From contig NW_008246084.1 in assembly GCF_000281045.1 (NCBI RefSeq), forward strand, positions 687,824 through 751,823: a DNA stretch of 64,000 nucleotides, in the 5' to 3' direction. A program made the translations under genes and the position numbers. The notes under the pieces were generated by a model. It ran no database searches. It was not told the DNA's origin and worked only from the letters and a program-made list of their open reading frames with translations. The stretch is from Saprolegnia diclina VS20 (lineage: Eukaryota). Shown here piece by piece: positions 1 through 11,758 of this stretch (within the stretch, counting starts at the first letter, position 1; each line of letters begins with the position of its first letter).

Positions 1-210
1 TTTCATTGGTCGAACGAGAAATTCTTTTTATTATACAATCCCACGGCATACTAATATTCATGTATTTCAATGTGCATACAAACGAATGGATATAAAATGC
101 CAAGAACGTAGGAATACTTATATGAAGGCCTAGGAAATATTAAAATATCGGTCGTTGTTTGCCGCCGTAACCTTCTTTGGATCCTCACTTGCAGTGTCCA
201 ATCCACCAGC

Positions 211-2199
211 ATGCGCCTGCTCCTCGCCGTCACCGCGCCGATCGTCGCCCACGCCTGCACCATCATTGGCGCCGGCGCCAAGGCCACGGCCGACGGCTCG
301 ACGATCCTCGCCCACACCAACGACGCAGGCAGCAACCCGAACGACCTCCGGCTCGTGCGTGTACCGGCCATGACCTTTCCACCGATGGCGCAGCGGCCCG
401 TGTACGAAGTGCTCCGCAATGGCACGCCGCGCTTCACGTCCGAGAGCCGTGGTCCTGGCTACGCGGTCCAGCCCAATCAGACGCTCTCGACGCCGCTCGG
501 GCTCATTCCGCAAGTGCCATCTACATACGCGTACTGGGACCACGACTACGCGATGCAGAACGAAGTCCAGCTTAGCATTGCCGAGTCGACGTGCTCGTGC
601 AAGACAGCCGGGTGGCCGTCGTCGCTGCCGTACGGCCACAACCTCTTTAGTATTGACGAGCTCTCCAAGGTTGCACTTGAGCGCTGCGACACGGCGGTTT
701 GTGCGATCCAGACCATGGGCAAGCTTGCCGAAGAGTATGGCTTCTATGGCGAGTACAGCAACGACCCTGCGGCGCCCGAGTACGGCGGCAGCTGCGAAGC
801 CCTCGGCATTGCCGACAAGTCGGGCGCGCTCTGGATCTTCCACGTGCTCACGGGCCGCGGCAACAGCAGCGCGATCTGGGCCGCCCAGCGCGTCGCCGAC
901 ACGGACATTGTCGCAGTGCCCAACACGTTTGTCATTCGCGAGCTCAACTTGTCCGACCCGACGCGGTACTTGGCGTCATCGAACGTGGCCGACTTGGCGT
1001 ACGAGATGGGCTGGGCAACGCGCGATGACACATTTGACTTTACGGCTGCGTACGGCTACGTCGCGCCGGGGTCAGCCAAGCCGCTCTATGGCGGCCGGCG
1101 TCTCTGGCGCATCTACGATCTTGTCGCGCCGTCGTTGCAGCTCGACGCAACGCTTGGGTTCCATGCGCGCGTCCAGACATACCCGTTCTCTGTCGTGCCG
1201 GACACGACCGTGACGCCCGAGACCATGATGCGCATCATGCAAGACCACTACGAAGGCACGCCATTCGACTTGACACAAGGGGTTGCGGCCGGTCCGTTTG
1301 GCGATCCGGTGCGGTATGCGACCGGCAAGGGCAACCTTACCTTGGGCAACTGGGAGCGCGCCATCTCGATGCACCGGACCACCCACAGCTTTGTGCTGCA
1401 GACGCGACGTCTGCCGAATCTAAGCGACGGCGTCGCGGGTCTTGCGTGGTACGCCCATGGCGAGCCCGCAAACGCCGTGTATTTTCCTATTGCGTGCGGC
1501 CAAAGCGAGCTACCGACTGTGTTTACGAGCGGCCAGCGCGGCACGTTCGACTCGACGTCGGCGTGGTGGGCCTTTCACTTTGTGTCCAACTGGGCCCACT
1601 TGCGCTACGACCGCATCCACCGGAGCATCGTGATTGAACGCAACGCGCTGCAGATGGCAGCGCGCGTCCTCCAGCTCCAAGTCGACGCGAGCTGCGACGG
1701 CAAGAAGGCGGCCGACGACTGCGCGGCGACTATATTCAACGACTTGATGACGCAAGGCGTCGCGCGCTGGTGGGAGTTTGCGTGGAAGCTCGTGAGCAAG
1801 TTCAACGACGGCTACATCATCGTCGGCAACACGATCGGCAGCGTGCACGTTGCCGGGTACCCCGTGGCGTGGCTTGCGACCACGGACTTTGTGACCTACC
1901 CGCAACGGTACTCGCCGCCGGCTGCGGTCGCGGCCGAAGAAGCCGCCGCCGCCGCTGTCTACGGGGACGGCCACGCCTCGCCGATGCCCATCATCGTGGC
2001 ATCGGTGGCCGCCGAGTCGGCGTCGACGTGGCAGCAGCTTCCGCCCGGGTTTTTGATAGGCTTTGGCGTCGGGCTCGGGCTCGCAATCGTTGTCGGGACT
2101 GTCGTCGCCATGCTCGTGTCCAAGCGCCAGAAGAATGCGAAGACGCCAAGTGCCACCACCACGGTAGCAGCTACCTCTGCCGACGCCGCCACCGTGTAG
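211..2199 (+). CDS. Secreted/membrane-anchored peptidase family C69 (dipeptidase/secernin-like, Ntn-hydrolase)
   Basis: Signal peptide MRLLLAVTAPIVAHA followed by N-terminal nucleophile Cys (CTIIGAGAKATADGSTILAHTND). Other motifs: NEVQLSIAEST, ALERCDTAVCAIQTMGKL, WAAQRV, WERAIS. C-terminal TM helix (FLIGFGVGLGLAIVVGTVVAMLV). Intronless 662-aa ORF. Confidence 0.85.
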   Translation: MRLLLAVTAPIVAHACTIIGAGAKATADGSTILAHTNDAGSNPNDLRLVRVPAMTFPPMAQRPVYEVLRNGTPRFTSESRGPGYAVQPNQTLSTPLGLIPQVPSTYAYWDHDYAMQNEVQLSIAESTCSCKTAGWPSSLPYGHNLFSIDELSKVALERCDTAVCAIQTMGKLAEEYGFYGEYSNDPAAPEYGGSCEALGIADKSGALWIFHVLTGRGNSSAIWAAQRVADTDIVAVPNTFVIRELNLSDPTRYLASSNVADLAYEMGWATRDDTFDFTAAYGYVAPGSAKPLYGGRRLWRIYDLVAPSLQLDATLGFHARVQTYPFSVVPDTTVTPETMMRIMQDHYEGTPFDLTQGVAAGPFGDPVRYATGKGNLTLGNWERAISMHRTTHSFVLQTRRLPNLSDGVAGLAWYAHGEPANAVYFPIACGQSELPTVFTSGQRGTFDSTSAWWAFHFVSNWAHLRYDRIHRSIVIERNALQMAARVLQLQVDASCDGKKAADDCAATIFNDLMTQGVARWWEFAWKLVSKFNDGYIIVGNTIGSVHVAGYPVAWLATTDFVTYPQRYSPPAAVAAEEAAAAAVYGDGHASPMPIIVASVAAESASTWQQLPPGFLIGFGVGLGLAIVVGTVVAMLVSKRQKNAKTPSATTTVAATSADAATV

Positions 2200-2261
2200 C
2201 TGAGCGCGCTAAGATAGAGAACATGCATTCTGTGTATTTCGCATCGTAGCGCAGCATCGAG

Positions 2262-3091
2262 TTAGGCTGCGCAGGTGGGGAAGAGGGACGCGCAGTTTGT
2301 ATCGCACGAGAGCGCCGGCAGCGCAAACGTCGACGGCGGCTGGGTCGTGACAGTCCACGACGTGAAGGTCAAGTTGTGCACAGTTGTTGCCGTCGTCTCG
2401 GTGAAGCGGCACGGAAGTCCATAGTCGTCGTAGCTCATGCAGTCGGTCACGGTGCCCGTCCTGCATTTCGCTGCGTTATACGACACTTGAGGATCGGTGA
2501 CGTACGGAGGAGGGCAAAACTGATAGCAGAGACGACCATCGAGCTCGTCGAAGCCAGTGTACCGCAGTGCCGGCGACGCCGAGAGCCACGTCGGCGACAG
2601 CATACCGCAGCCTGGCGTCGTCGCGTCACAGAGGCGGCAGCACGCGCCGACTTGACTCGGGAAGTGCACGTACAAGCTCTCTTTTGTATAGTAGAGCGTG
2701 CACGCGTCCGTCGAGTTGGGCTGTGCACACTGGCAGAACGGGTCGGCCTGCGGCTACACACATCCAAGATCTGAGAGGCGCCTGGGTCGTAAAAGAGCGC
2801 ACCGCGTCATGCTCGACGCGCCAGTTCTTGTCGCCGCTCGCCGCGTGGTAGTGGTAGAACCATGCGCCTGTCGAGTCGGGCACGTCGCTGCCGTCAAACG
2901 TCTACGGCACATCAACAAGCCATGCGGAGAGAAGAATACGCGACCTCGAGAAAGGTGGCGGCGACGTCGTTCGGGAAGGGCGGTGGCGGTGCCGGGGCGT
3001 CGTACGTGAGCGTGTCAATGTCGCTGCTGTCGCCGCTCGACGGGTGCCACGCGGCGTAGAGCCCGAGCGCGTCCAACAGGAGCCGAAACAT
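2262..3091 (-). CDS. Cys-rich ependymin-related (EPDR-like) protein, paralog A, 3 exons
   Basis: Spliced by eye: MFRLLLDALG..PPPPFPNDVAATFLE / TFDGSDVPDSTGAWFYHY..WRVEHDA / PQADPFCQC..CCRLC..LSPTWL..YTGFDELDGRLCYQF..FALPALSC. Two GT-AG introns. Motif pattern resembles EPDR-family proteins. Confidence 0.55.
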
Positions 3092-3453
3092 CGACCAGCG
3101 AAAATATTTTGTGCCCGGTGATCGCAAGTGGATATGCTACACTTGGTGTTTGTATGCCACCCGATTGTTGAAGCGAGTCGTCGACTGCAGGTTGGCGCTC
3201 TTCCCACGACGTACTACGACAAGGTCCTTGTAGTACGAACACGACGCGAGTCAACGGTACTCTTATGTGTATCGATCTATGTACGGGTATCGACCGGTCC
3301 ATGCCCTTGGCTTTGGATATACACTCGGTGGCAAGAACCTGGCGGCGACATTGCCGCATCACGATATATCATCCTGCAAGTCATCAAAGTGCAAACTCGG
3401 CGGCTTGTCCAGTTGGAGCAGTATTCCCTTTACTGACAGTTTACACGAGCGAC

Positions 3454-4302
3454 TTAGCCGTGGCACTGGTTGAACTGACGCGGACATGGTTCCTTGCACG
3501 ACGCCGGCAGGTCAAACACCGAGGCATCCGAGAGGTGCTTGGACCACGACGTGAACGTGAGGTTGTGGACCACCGTAAAGCTGGGCGAGAACGTGCTCGT
3601 TTCCGAGTACTGGCACGGTTTGCCATTCTCATCGTAGCTCATGCAGTCGGTAAAGACCGCGCTACAGTCCGACACCGTCATCAGCTCGTATGATCGAAAG
3701 GGCGGTCGTACCCCGGTGTGCAGTACTGAAAGCAACGTCTGCCGTCAATCTTGTCGGAGCCCGGCGTTCGCTGCGGCTGGTTGCCCGAGAGCCAATCGGG
3801 CTTGAGCGGCGAGCAGCCGTCGGCCGCCGAGCACAAGCTGCAGCACTCGCCCAAACTCGGGAAATGTACAAAGAGCGCCGACGGTTCAAAGAAGAGCTGG
3901 CACGTGTCCGTGACGCCGGGTTTCGCGCACTTGCAAAAGTTGTTGGCTTGCGGCTACACACTAGGACGTCAGAGCCGTCCTCGCCGCCAGTCGATGTACC
4001 GCGTTGTGGTCGGCCCGCCACTGATGCGGGCCGTTGGCCTCATATCGGTAGTACCATGCGCCGGTGGACGGCGCTGCGGGAAAGCCACTAAAGACCTAGC
4101 ACGGCCATAAGCACTTGGCGAGGGATGGGCGAACCTCGGTAAAGTTGGCCTCGAACGTGGCCGGCCACGCCGGTGGCGCCGACGGCGGCGTGAACTCTTC
4201 GTAGCGTGCCGAGATGGTCTGCGCGAGAAGGTGGCCGGTCGTCGGCAGCACGTCCAAGAACGACGCGCCAAACGCAATGGCGTCCACGAGTGCCCCGAGC
4301 AT
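3454..4302 (-). CDS. Cys-rich ependymin-related (EPDR-like) protein, paralog B, 3 exons
   Basis: MLGALVDAIA..PPAWPATFEANFTE / VFSGFPAAPSTGAWYYRY..WRADHNA / PQANNFCKC..CCSLC..LKPDWL..FTDCMSYDENGKPC..FDLPASC. Same intron positions as paralog A. Confidence 0.55.
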
Positions 4303-4703
4303 TGCAATTCCACTTGTGTTTGCTGGAAAGTGCAATGTCGGTTTTTTATTAAACGCATATGGACCCATTTAACGCAGCAGGTTGAAGGCAAACGTCCGCT
4401 CACAGGGCCAGGTTGCGTGTTTGTGCCAGCGTCCTTGCCTTGGTTCGAGACAAACTTCACGCGTTGTTGGTACACGACGGTGGGTCCATCTGTGGGAAGC
4501 CTGGATTGTGCGATCGAGCGCCGAACACGGTGACGTCGACCGATCCCTGCGCGGTCATGGGTCAATATTGACCCATGGCGCGGTTCAGCCGATGACGTTA
4601 TAAGGTCGTTTAAACGTTGTTTAACCTAGTTGAAGTTCCTGTCCACACGACGAGCGACAGCAGGACGCAACTGCACTCGATCGACCAAATCGCCACATCG
4701 CCA

Positions 4704-5058
4704 NNNNNNNNNNNNNNNNNNNNNNNNNNNNNNNNNNNNNNNNNNNNNNNNNNNNNNNNNNNNNNNNNNNNNNNNNNNNNNNNNNNNNNNNNNNNNNNNN
4801 NNNNNNNNNNNNNNNNNNNNNNNNNNNNNNNNNNNNNNNNNNNNNNNNNNNNNNNNNNNNNNNNNNNNNNNNNNNNNNNNNNNNNNNNNNNNNNNNNNNN
4901 NNNNNNNNNNNNNNNNNNNNNNNNNNNNNNNNNNNNNNNNNNNNNNNNNNNNNNNNNNNNNNNNNNNNNNNNNNNNNNNNNNNNNNNNNNNNNNNNNNNN
5001 NNNNNNNNNNNNNNNNNNNNNNNNNNNNNNNNNNNNNNNNNNNNNNNNNNNNNNNNNN
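4704..5058. other. Assembly gap (N run)
   Basis: Run of n characters. Confidence 1.
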
Positions 5059-8000
5059 TCTTCGTCGCTGTCCATTTCATTCATGTCGAACGAGTCGCGG
5101 CGCGGCCGACGCTTCTTCACAGCCGCCTTGGCTTTGCCCTTGAGGATCGTGCCGACGACGCGGCTCAACGCCCCCTTCATGCGCACCGCTTCGCTGTGCA
5201 CGTACGAGCCTGCTTCGTTGTACACGGTCGCGTTCGCACACACAAGCGTGAAGTCCTCCTACGCCCAGACGATGCATGAGCGACGACAGTCATTTCAAGG
5301 TCGTACATAGTAGGCGGCAAACGACCCATACAGCGTCAGCTTGGCTTGCATCGTGCCAAAGTCCATCGGGTGTGGAATGATGGCCGAGTACCCCGGCGCA
5401 ATGTCGTCGGTGACGGGCGACGCAAAGATGTTGGCCGCGTCTTCGGCCTGGATCGCACGGTGGAGCACGGCGAGGTGCGACGCCAACGAACCTTTGGCGA
5501 GCCGCTGGAGCCACTGCTGGCGCTGGGCTACCGAGAGTCGCAGCTTTTGCACGACCACGGCGTCGTCCGTGCAGCGCCGCTTCGGGTTTGGACTTGCACC
5601 GTCGACGCTGTTGGAGCGCTTGGGCGGGCGCTTGGTCTCGAGCGTCCTCTCGGGCTCAACCTGGCTCACGGCGTGGGCCGCTTGCCACGTCGCGACTTGC
5701 AGTGGGAATAGCGGCTGCAGAATGGACACGATCGCTGCGACAAGCGACCGCGCGTTCTGCGCGATCGGGCTCGTTTCGACGTTGTACTTTTCGCAATTGT
5801 CCAAAATCAAATGCACGTCCGCCAAGAGCGCGTCCACTTGCCGGTAGTAGCCGTGCTCGACGCGGCTCCGGATGAGCGAGAGGTCCATCGGGTTTGCCAC
5901 CGTGACGTAGTAGTCGGGCGTCGACTCGGGCACCGGCGGCACGAAATCCAGGGCGACCGAGAGCTGCATGATCGACGCCAACGCCCGCAACAGACCCGCG
6001 CGCCGCTCGCCGTCGATCGTCGGCAGCGGCGGCGCAAGCGCGAGCTGCGCCAGCCGCGCCTCGGCACTCGCCGGCTCGAGCTCCCACGGACTCACACGGA
6101 CCGTGTCGCCGTCGTCAAAGAGCACCGTGAGACACTCCCACGGCGAGTCGACGTCGGACTCGACGCGGTCGTTGGCGAGGACGGTGCCCGTGTTGAGCAC
6201 CGAGTCGATCTGAATGCCGTGGTCGTCGGTCGAGGGTAGGACCGTCTGCACCGTGTCCTGGACGGTCCACGGCGCGCCAAACCCGAGCGCGTACTTGGCG
6301 TACAGTACGACAAAGTCGGGGCAGTCGCTCGGTTGCATGTGCACGCGGAACCGCCGGCGCACTCGTGACGGTGCGTCGTCGGGCTCAAACTGGTCGTTGA
6401 CAGGCACAAACGCGTTGAACGCGCGTCGGCACGGGTCGCTCTCATCTTGGTCGTCTTCAAAGTAGAGGGCTGGGAGCCCGACGACCTCGAGGTGGAGCTG
6501 CATGAGCACACGCTGGTGGGGCTTGTACGTCTCGACCAACGGAAACGTGTAGGCGATGTGCACGATCTGGCACTGGACGGCGGCAAACTTGCGCGGAAAC
6601 GTCATGTACGCGGGCTGCGTCTTGGACGGATGGAAGCGCAGGTAAAACTCGTGCCCTTGGGGGCAGTAGACGACAACGTCGCCGACTTGAGGCACATACG
6701 ACTGCGGCTGCGGCAGAATCTGCTGGCAGTAGAGCCGATCGTAGCTCAAGCCAATGCGCTTGATGTAGCCCTCTTCGAACGCGACTTGGCTCGTGAGCAG
6801 CTGCGCCTTCATGGCCCGCAGCGGGTCGTTGCGGATTGTGGGTGATGGGACGTACATGTGCGAGTGGTCGCCGCAGTAGTACGTATCTTCGTCCTTCCAC
6901 CCGGTCGCGAGCGCGCAGTGAAAGTGCATCGTGACAATGCACGCGTCATAGTTGCAGCCGAGCGTCGCGCCCTTCTGGCCGCAGAGGTTGCACTTGAGCA
7001 GCCGCCCGCGGCGAAGCTCCTTCGCAATGTTGTACCAATGGCCGTCGTCATAGAACGACTGCGGTGATGTGATCGCGCACGGGTCGTGCACAAACACGCG
7101 CTGGCTGCCGTTGACGAGCGGGTGCACGCCGAGGGTCTCGCCTGGTAGCGTCATGCCGGCGACGTCGCCGCGGCCGCAAAAGCCGCAGAGGATCTGGGCA
7201 CCAAGGTCGACGCGCCGCTTGGCCGCCAGCATCTCGGCAAACGTCTTGGTCGTGTCAAACACGTCCCGCTGGCTGCCAGGCACCTTGGTCGACTCTTCCA
7301 CGGCGCCTCCTTGGGTATCGTCCTCTTCTGGCTCGTCGTCGACGGGTGACACGCGGGCTGGCGACACCGCCGTGATACGTTGCTCGACCTCGTCGTTCTC
7401 GTCGTCACCGCTTGACGGACCGTCCAGAATCTGTCGTTGGTTGCGTTTCCGGAGACGCCGACGACGGGGCGCGGGCTCGTCGTCGTCAGCGGACGGTCGC
7501 TGACGGGAGCGCAGTGCGCGACTGCCATCGGCAGTGCGGTAGATACGGGGCGGCGTGTCGCTGCCACTACCCGCGTCGCTCTCTTCATCGACAAGATCAC
7601 CCATGGCCTCGTCGTCGTCGTCGTCATCGTCGTCGTCGTCGCCGTCGTCACCGTTGGCTGTCGCCGGGACTTGAAAGTCTTCGTCATGGTCTTCGTCGGA
7701 CGACAAGACAACATCGAGCACCGAACGATCGCGGTCGTCCGTGTCGCGGGGCGCCCGTCGCACCACAGGTGCGCGCACCTCGGACGCGAGCACCGGGGCG
7801 CCATTCACACGGTACGACTGCGTGGTCGCGAGGGCGCTTCGGACGCTCCGGACGCTCTTGGGGGTGACCGTCTCGATGAGGTTGGGGAACGGCTCGTAGT
7901 TGCCATGCGCGTTCTCGTCGCTTCGCACGATGCCTTCCAAGTTGGCTTGATAGAGCTCCGTGTACTGGGCGACGCGCGCGGCCCGGTTCGCCGCATAGTC

Positions 8001-10563
8001 CTCGAGGCGCATCTCGTCGAGCAGGAGATGCAGCGGCTGCTGCGCGTAAATCGACCGGCTCATGTCCATGAGCGCCGACCGCGGCAAGAGGTGCGGCTGC
8101 ACATGCGTGTCGCGGTCGCGGACGTTGAGATTCACGTCCATCTCGATCGGCGCATAGTCGTTGGCGAAGTACTGGTCGCGCGGACTCGCCTTGTAGCTGT
8201 CGCCGGCGCCCGTGCCAAAGATACAGAGCCGGCCGACGCGGTCCGTGACGGCAAAGAGGTCGCCACTCGGGGAGAACGCCACGTCGTGGATCGGGCACGG
8301 GTCGCCGACACTGTCTACGTTCTGGTACTGCCGCAGAAGGGTGCCCGCCGATATGTCCCAGAGACAAATGCGTCCGTCGTAGCCGGCCGTGAGAAGAATG
8401 CGCCAGTCCAGCGGGTGGACTTCCATGGCAAAGACGGCGTTCACGTGCGCGCGCTCGTGATGCCGCAGTGTCATCATTAACGCAAGCGTCGTTGGGTCCC
8501 AGATGCGGATCGCTTGCTCGATGTGCAGCGCGTCGGCGTCGGCCTTGCGACTGTGGAGCGTCACGAGCCGCTCGCCTTGAGTCGTCCACATCATCATGTC
8601 GGCCGACCACGAAGCGCCCTGGCGCCGCCCACCCTCGACAGTCTCGGGCGATGGCAAGATGTGGATGCCGAGCTTCGGACGAGTCGCGGTTGGGAGTTGC
8701 CAGAGCCGCGTCGTGCCGTCCTTGATCGACTGCGTCGCCACCGACTCGCCGTGCTTGCTGAAAAACACATTTGTGATCGGCGACGTATGGCCCGTCAGCA
8801 CCAGCGACGGCTCGGTCACGACCGTACTCTCGGCAAAGTGCGGGTTGGCGACCGGTTCCGTCGGCGCGATCGGTGCCATCGGTGCCGTCGACGTCGGCGG
8901 TGGCACAAACCCGACGGCCGCAACCTCGGGCGACGGCTCATGGTGGACGTCGGGAATCGACGCGACGACCGCGTCGATTTGGTCTTGCGTCGACGCCGAC
9001 GTCGTGGCCGTCGACGAGAGGACGTGGGGGCCGACGTGCCAGAGCCGCCCGACGCCGTCTTGACTCCCGGTCGCAATTTTGGTGCCGCACGGACTCACAT
9101 CGAGGCAGAGTACCTTGCACGACCGCGTGACGCGCGTGCCATTCGCCGACGGTACATGGCCCAGCACAAGGAACGGCTTGATGTTGAGGCAGTATGCGTG
9201 CTGCTGAAAGAGTCGCTGGACTGTCTCGGTCTTGGTCTCGCGGCGCGGGCCGGGCGTGATGCGCGGGAGGCGGAAGAGGAGGCAATGGCCGTCGTCGGAG
9301 GCCGAAACGACCACGTTGAGGTGCGGGTGGAATCGAACCGTGTTGACAACACTAGGAGCCTTCTCCATGAGCCATCGACACTTAGATGTAAATGCGGTAC
9401 CTCGTGTGCCCGACCAAGACGGCGATCGCAAAACCGGTTGCGATTTCCCAGACGCGGACCGTCTTGTCGTCCGAGGACGTGACGAGGAGACTGCCGTCGT
9501 CGTTGATGTCCATGTCGGTGATGTTGCCCACGTGACCGTGCAGAGTATACAAGAGGTCGCCGGTGCGGGCCGACCAAATCTTGACGAGCCGGTCGTCCGA
9601 GCCGGTGATGATGAACCGGCCCGACTTGTCAAATGTGACGCAGTACACGGAGATTTGCAAATGGCCGCTGAGCGTCTTGAGGATGCGGTACCGCGTGTAG
9701 GCGAAGATCGGGACCGGCTCCCGGCAGGCGTTGGCGGCGGCGAAATGGCCGAAAGGCACGGGCCGCCCGCAGCGCTCGCGCTGGAGAAGGGCCCGCGCGT
9801 GGTTCGTACCCACAAAGGGTTTGGTCACGGCCATGCCCCAGTCGCGCACACGGCTCAGAAGCTCGTCGACCTTGCGCTTGTCCTGCACAAGCTGCCGCTG
9901 GAGGAAACGCAGCTGCTTGGCGCCGCGCTGCTCCTCTGCAATGTCCGTGCCGGTGGTCGCAAACTTCTCGAGGAGGCGCTCGACGCGCAGAATCTTGCGC
10001 TCGCTGCCGCGCATCTGCAGCCAGAGCTGGATCAGCTCCTGGATCGTCGACCGGCGACCATCGGGCGTCGATGGCGTGGGTGGCCGCGGCTTCAAGAGCG
10101 TCGTCTCGTTCTTGCGCGCGCCGTCACGGAGCAGCTGGACGAGGTGCGTGGGCGGAAGCTGGCGGTGGCGCAGATGCACATCCGTGTACGTTGCTGGCCG
10201 CTCGCGTCCTTGCCAGTCGACCGCTGCGTCGAGCAGGCCCAAGCTGTGCAGCTCCTCTTCAAGCATCGCCGCCGTCCGCGAGCATGGCGTCGCTTGGCGC
10301 AGAAAATTTGCAATCAGAAAGTAGACGTCACCCATGTCGCTCGGCCCCGGCGCATCGCTCTCGCCGTCGCCCATGGTGTCGACGTCGTCGGGCGCCGCAA
10401 TGGCACCCACCGGTGGCCGCATTGCCTCGACTGGCGCAGGGCTCGGCGCCTCCAGCGCAGTCTCTACATCGCGCGCGCCCATGTCGACGTCGCGCTGGTC
10501 GGCGGCGCCGTCCATCGGCCAGGGTCCTTCGCCAGCTCCATCGTCGTCCCTGCTGTCGTCCAT
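5059..10563 (-). CDS. BRWD/PHIP-like WD40 + bromodomain chromatin reader with an extra extended PHD finger; 3' end runs into the gap
   Basis: N-terminal VYFLIANFLRQ motif; WD40 repeats (GHLQISVYCVTFDKSGRFIITGSDDRLVKIW, LHGHVGNITDMDIN, TAGYDGRICLWD); DQYFANDYAP; ePHD (CGFCG..HDPC..CNLCGQKGATLGC..MHFHCA..YCGDH); YVPQVGDVVVYCPQGH; VSPWELEP; two bromodomains (PDYYVTVANPMDL..NCEKYN; PGYSAIIPHPMDF..ANATVYN). Introns near 9370-9400 and 5260-5305. Confidence 0.9.
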
Positions 10564-11758
10564 GGCGGCCGATACAAACTCCAAGTTGCCCCGTTGCCCG
10601 CCGGTCTTCCTATCCGGATACATCCGGATATAGTCGCATTTGATTGGTTACAATGGCGTCCGGAATTAGCGCGGGAAATGTGCGGCCCGAGCGCGCGACC
10701 GCCGCCTCGACCACAGAAGACAATATTGACCACAATAGAGCACGGAATGTACTACATATTACAATATGAATATATATACATGTCTCTTGGTTCACAGCAA
10801 GAACTCTACGAAGCAACGCAGAGGAGGCTAGTAACTTTGCCGGTGACATTGCATATTTGAATGCAATCTGAGGAGATCCTTGGAGGGTGCATTGAAGAAG
10901 CTGTGACCTAGTCTTTGTCCTCTTCGATCGTCGTAGGGCTAACGTGTTCGAGGAAGGCGGTGTAGGGGGACTAGAACATTCGAACGAACTCGGTATCGGC
11001 GACGATGACGCAAGGAGGGCCAACCGCCGACAAGACCACGGCCTGTACAACCTGTACACGTAACGACCAGCGACGCACTGTGCTCCATATGGTAATCAAA
11101 GACGTCGCCACGCCCACGACCGTCCAATGTACGATTGCTGGATGGTGCTCCATGTCCACGTTGAAATAAAATATGGATAAATCGGGAAATAGTCTAGTAT
11201 CTTAGGAGCGACAGCAATGTGTCGATCGCTCGCGCGACGCATGCGAGTACTACGTCCATAGAAAGGTGCTTCGCGGCTGCCCTTGGCGTTGGCGATGGGG
11301 AGGGTAGGGTAAATGGAGGTGCATTTTGGCCAATCCGATGCCGTCATCCTACCGAAGTCACGGTTAGCTGGATACTGGAACCGGTTACTCGCCCACCGAG
11401 ACAGCGTTGGCGAGATCTCGCTGCGACGATCGAAAGAGCGCTGCGGGTGACGTCTCGACATCCTCCTTATACTTTGCATATCTATTTCTTCTCGGGTCTT
11501 TCGCTTCTCTGGTCGAGATGGGTCTCTTCAAGCATATTTCCGAAAAACTGCAATTTTTGCTCAAATATTTGCAAAAAAACGGGATTCAGAGATGCGTGGA
11601 TCGGATTGGCTTTTAAGGAGTGCAAAGGCCTTGTGATTGGCTGGTTTGTGATTTTGCGGGGTTTTCCGACAATAGCGGGCAAATAGCGGGTTTTTCATAC
11701 TACTAATTCTCAACGCTTTGAAGCTACACCTAAGACAAAACACCGATTTCCGGTATTA

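Noticed and set aside
4610..5310. ORFs spanning the N-gaps (also 38756-39460)
   Set aside because: They are open only because Ns hide stop codons.
7609..7650. (GTC)n microsatellite-like run
   Set aside because: Encodes the poly-Asp tract of the BRWD-like protein.
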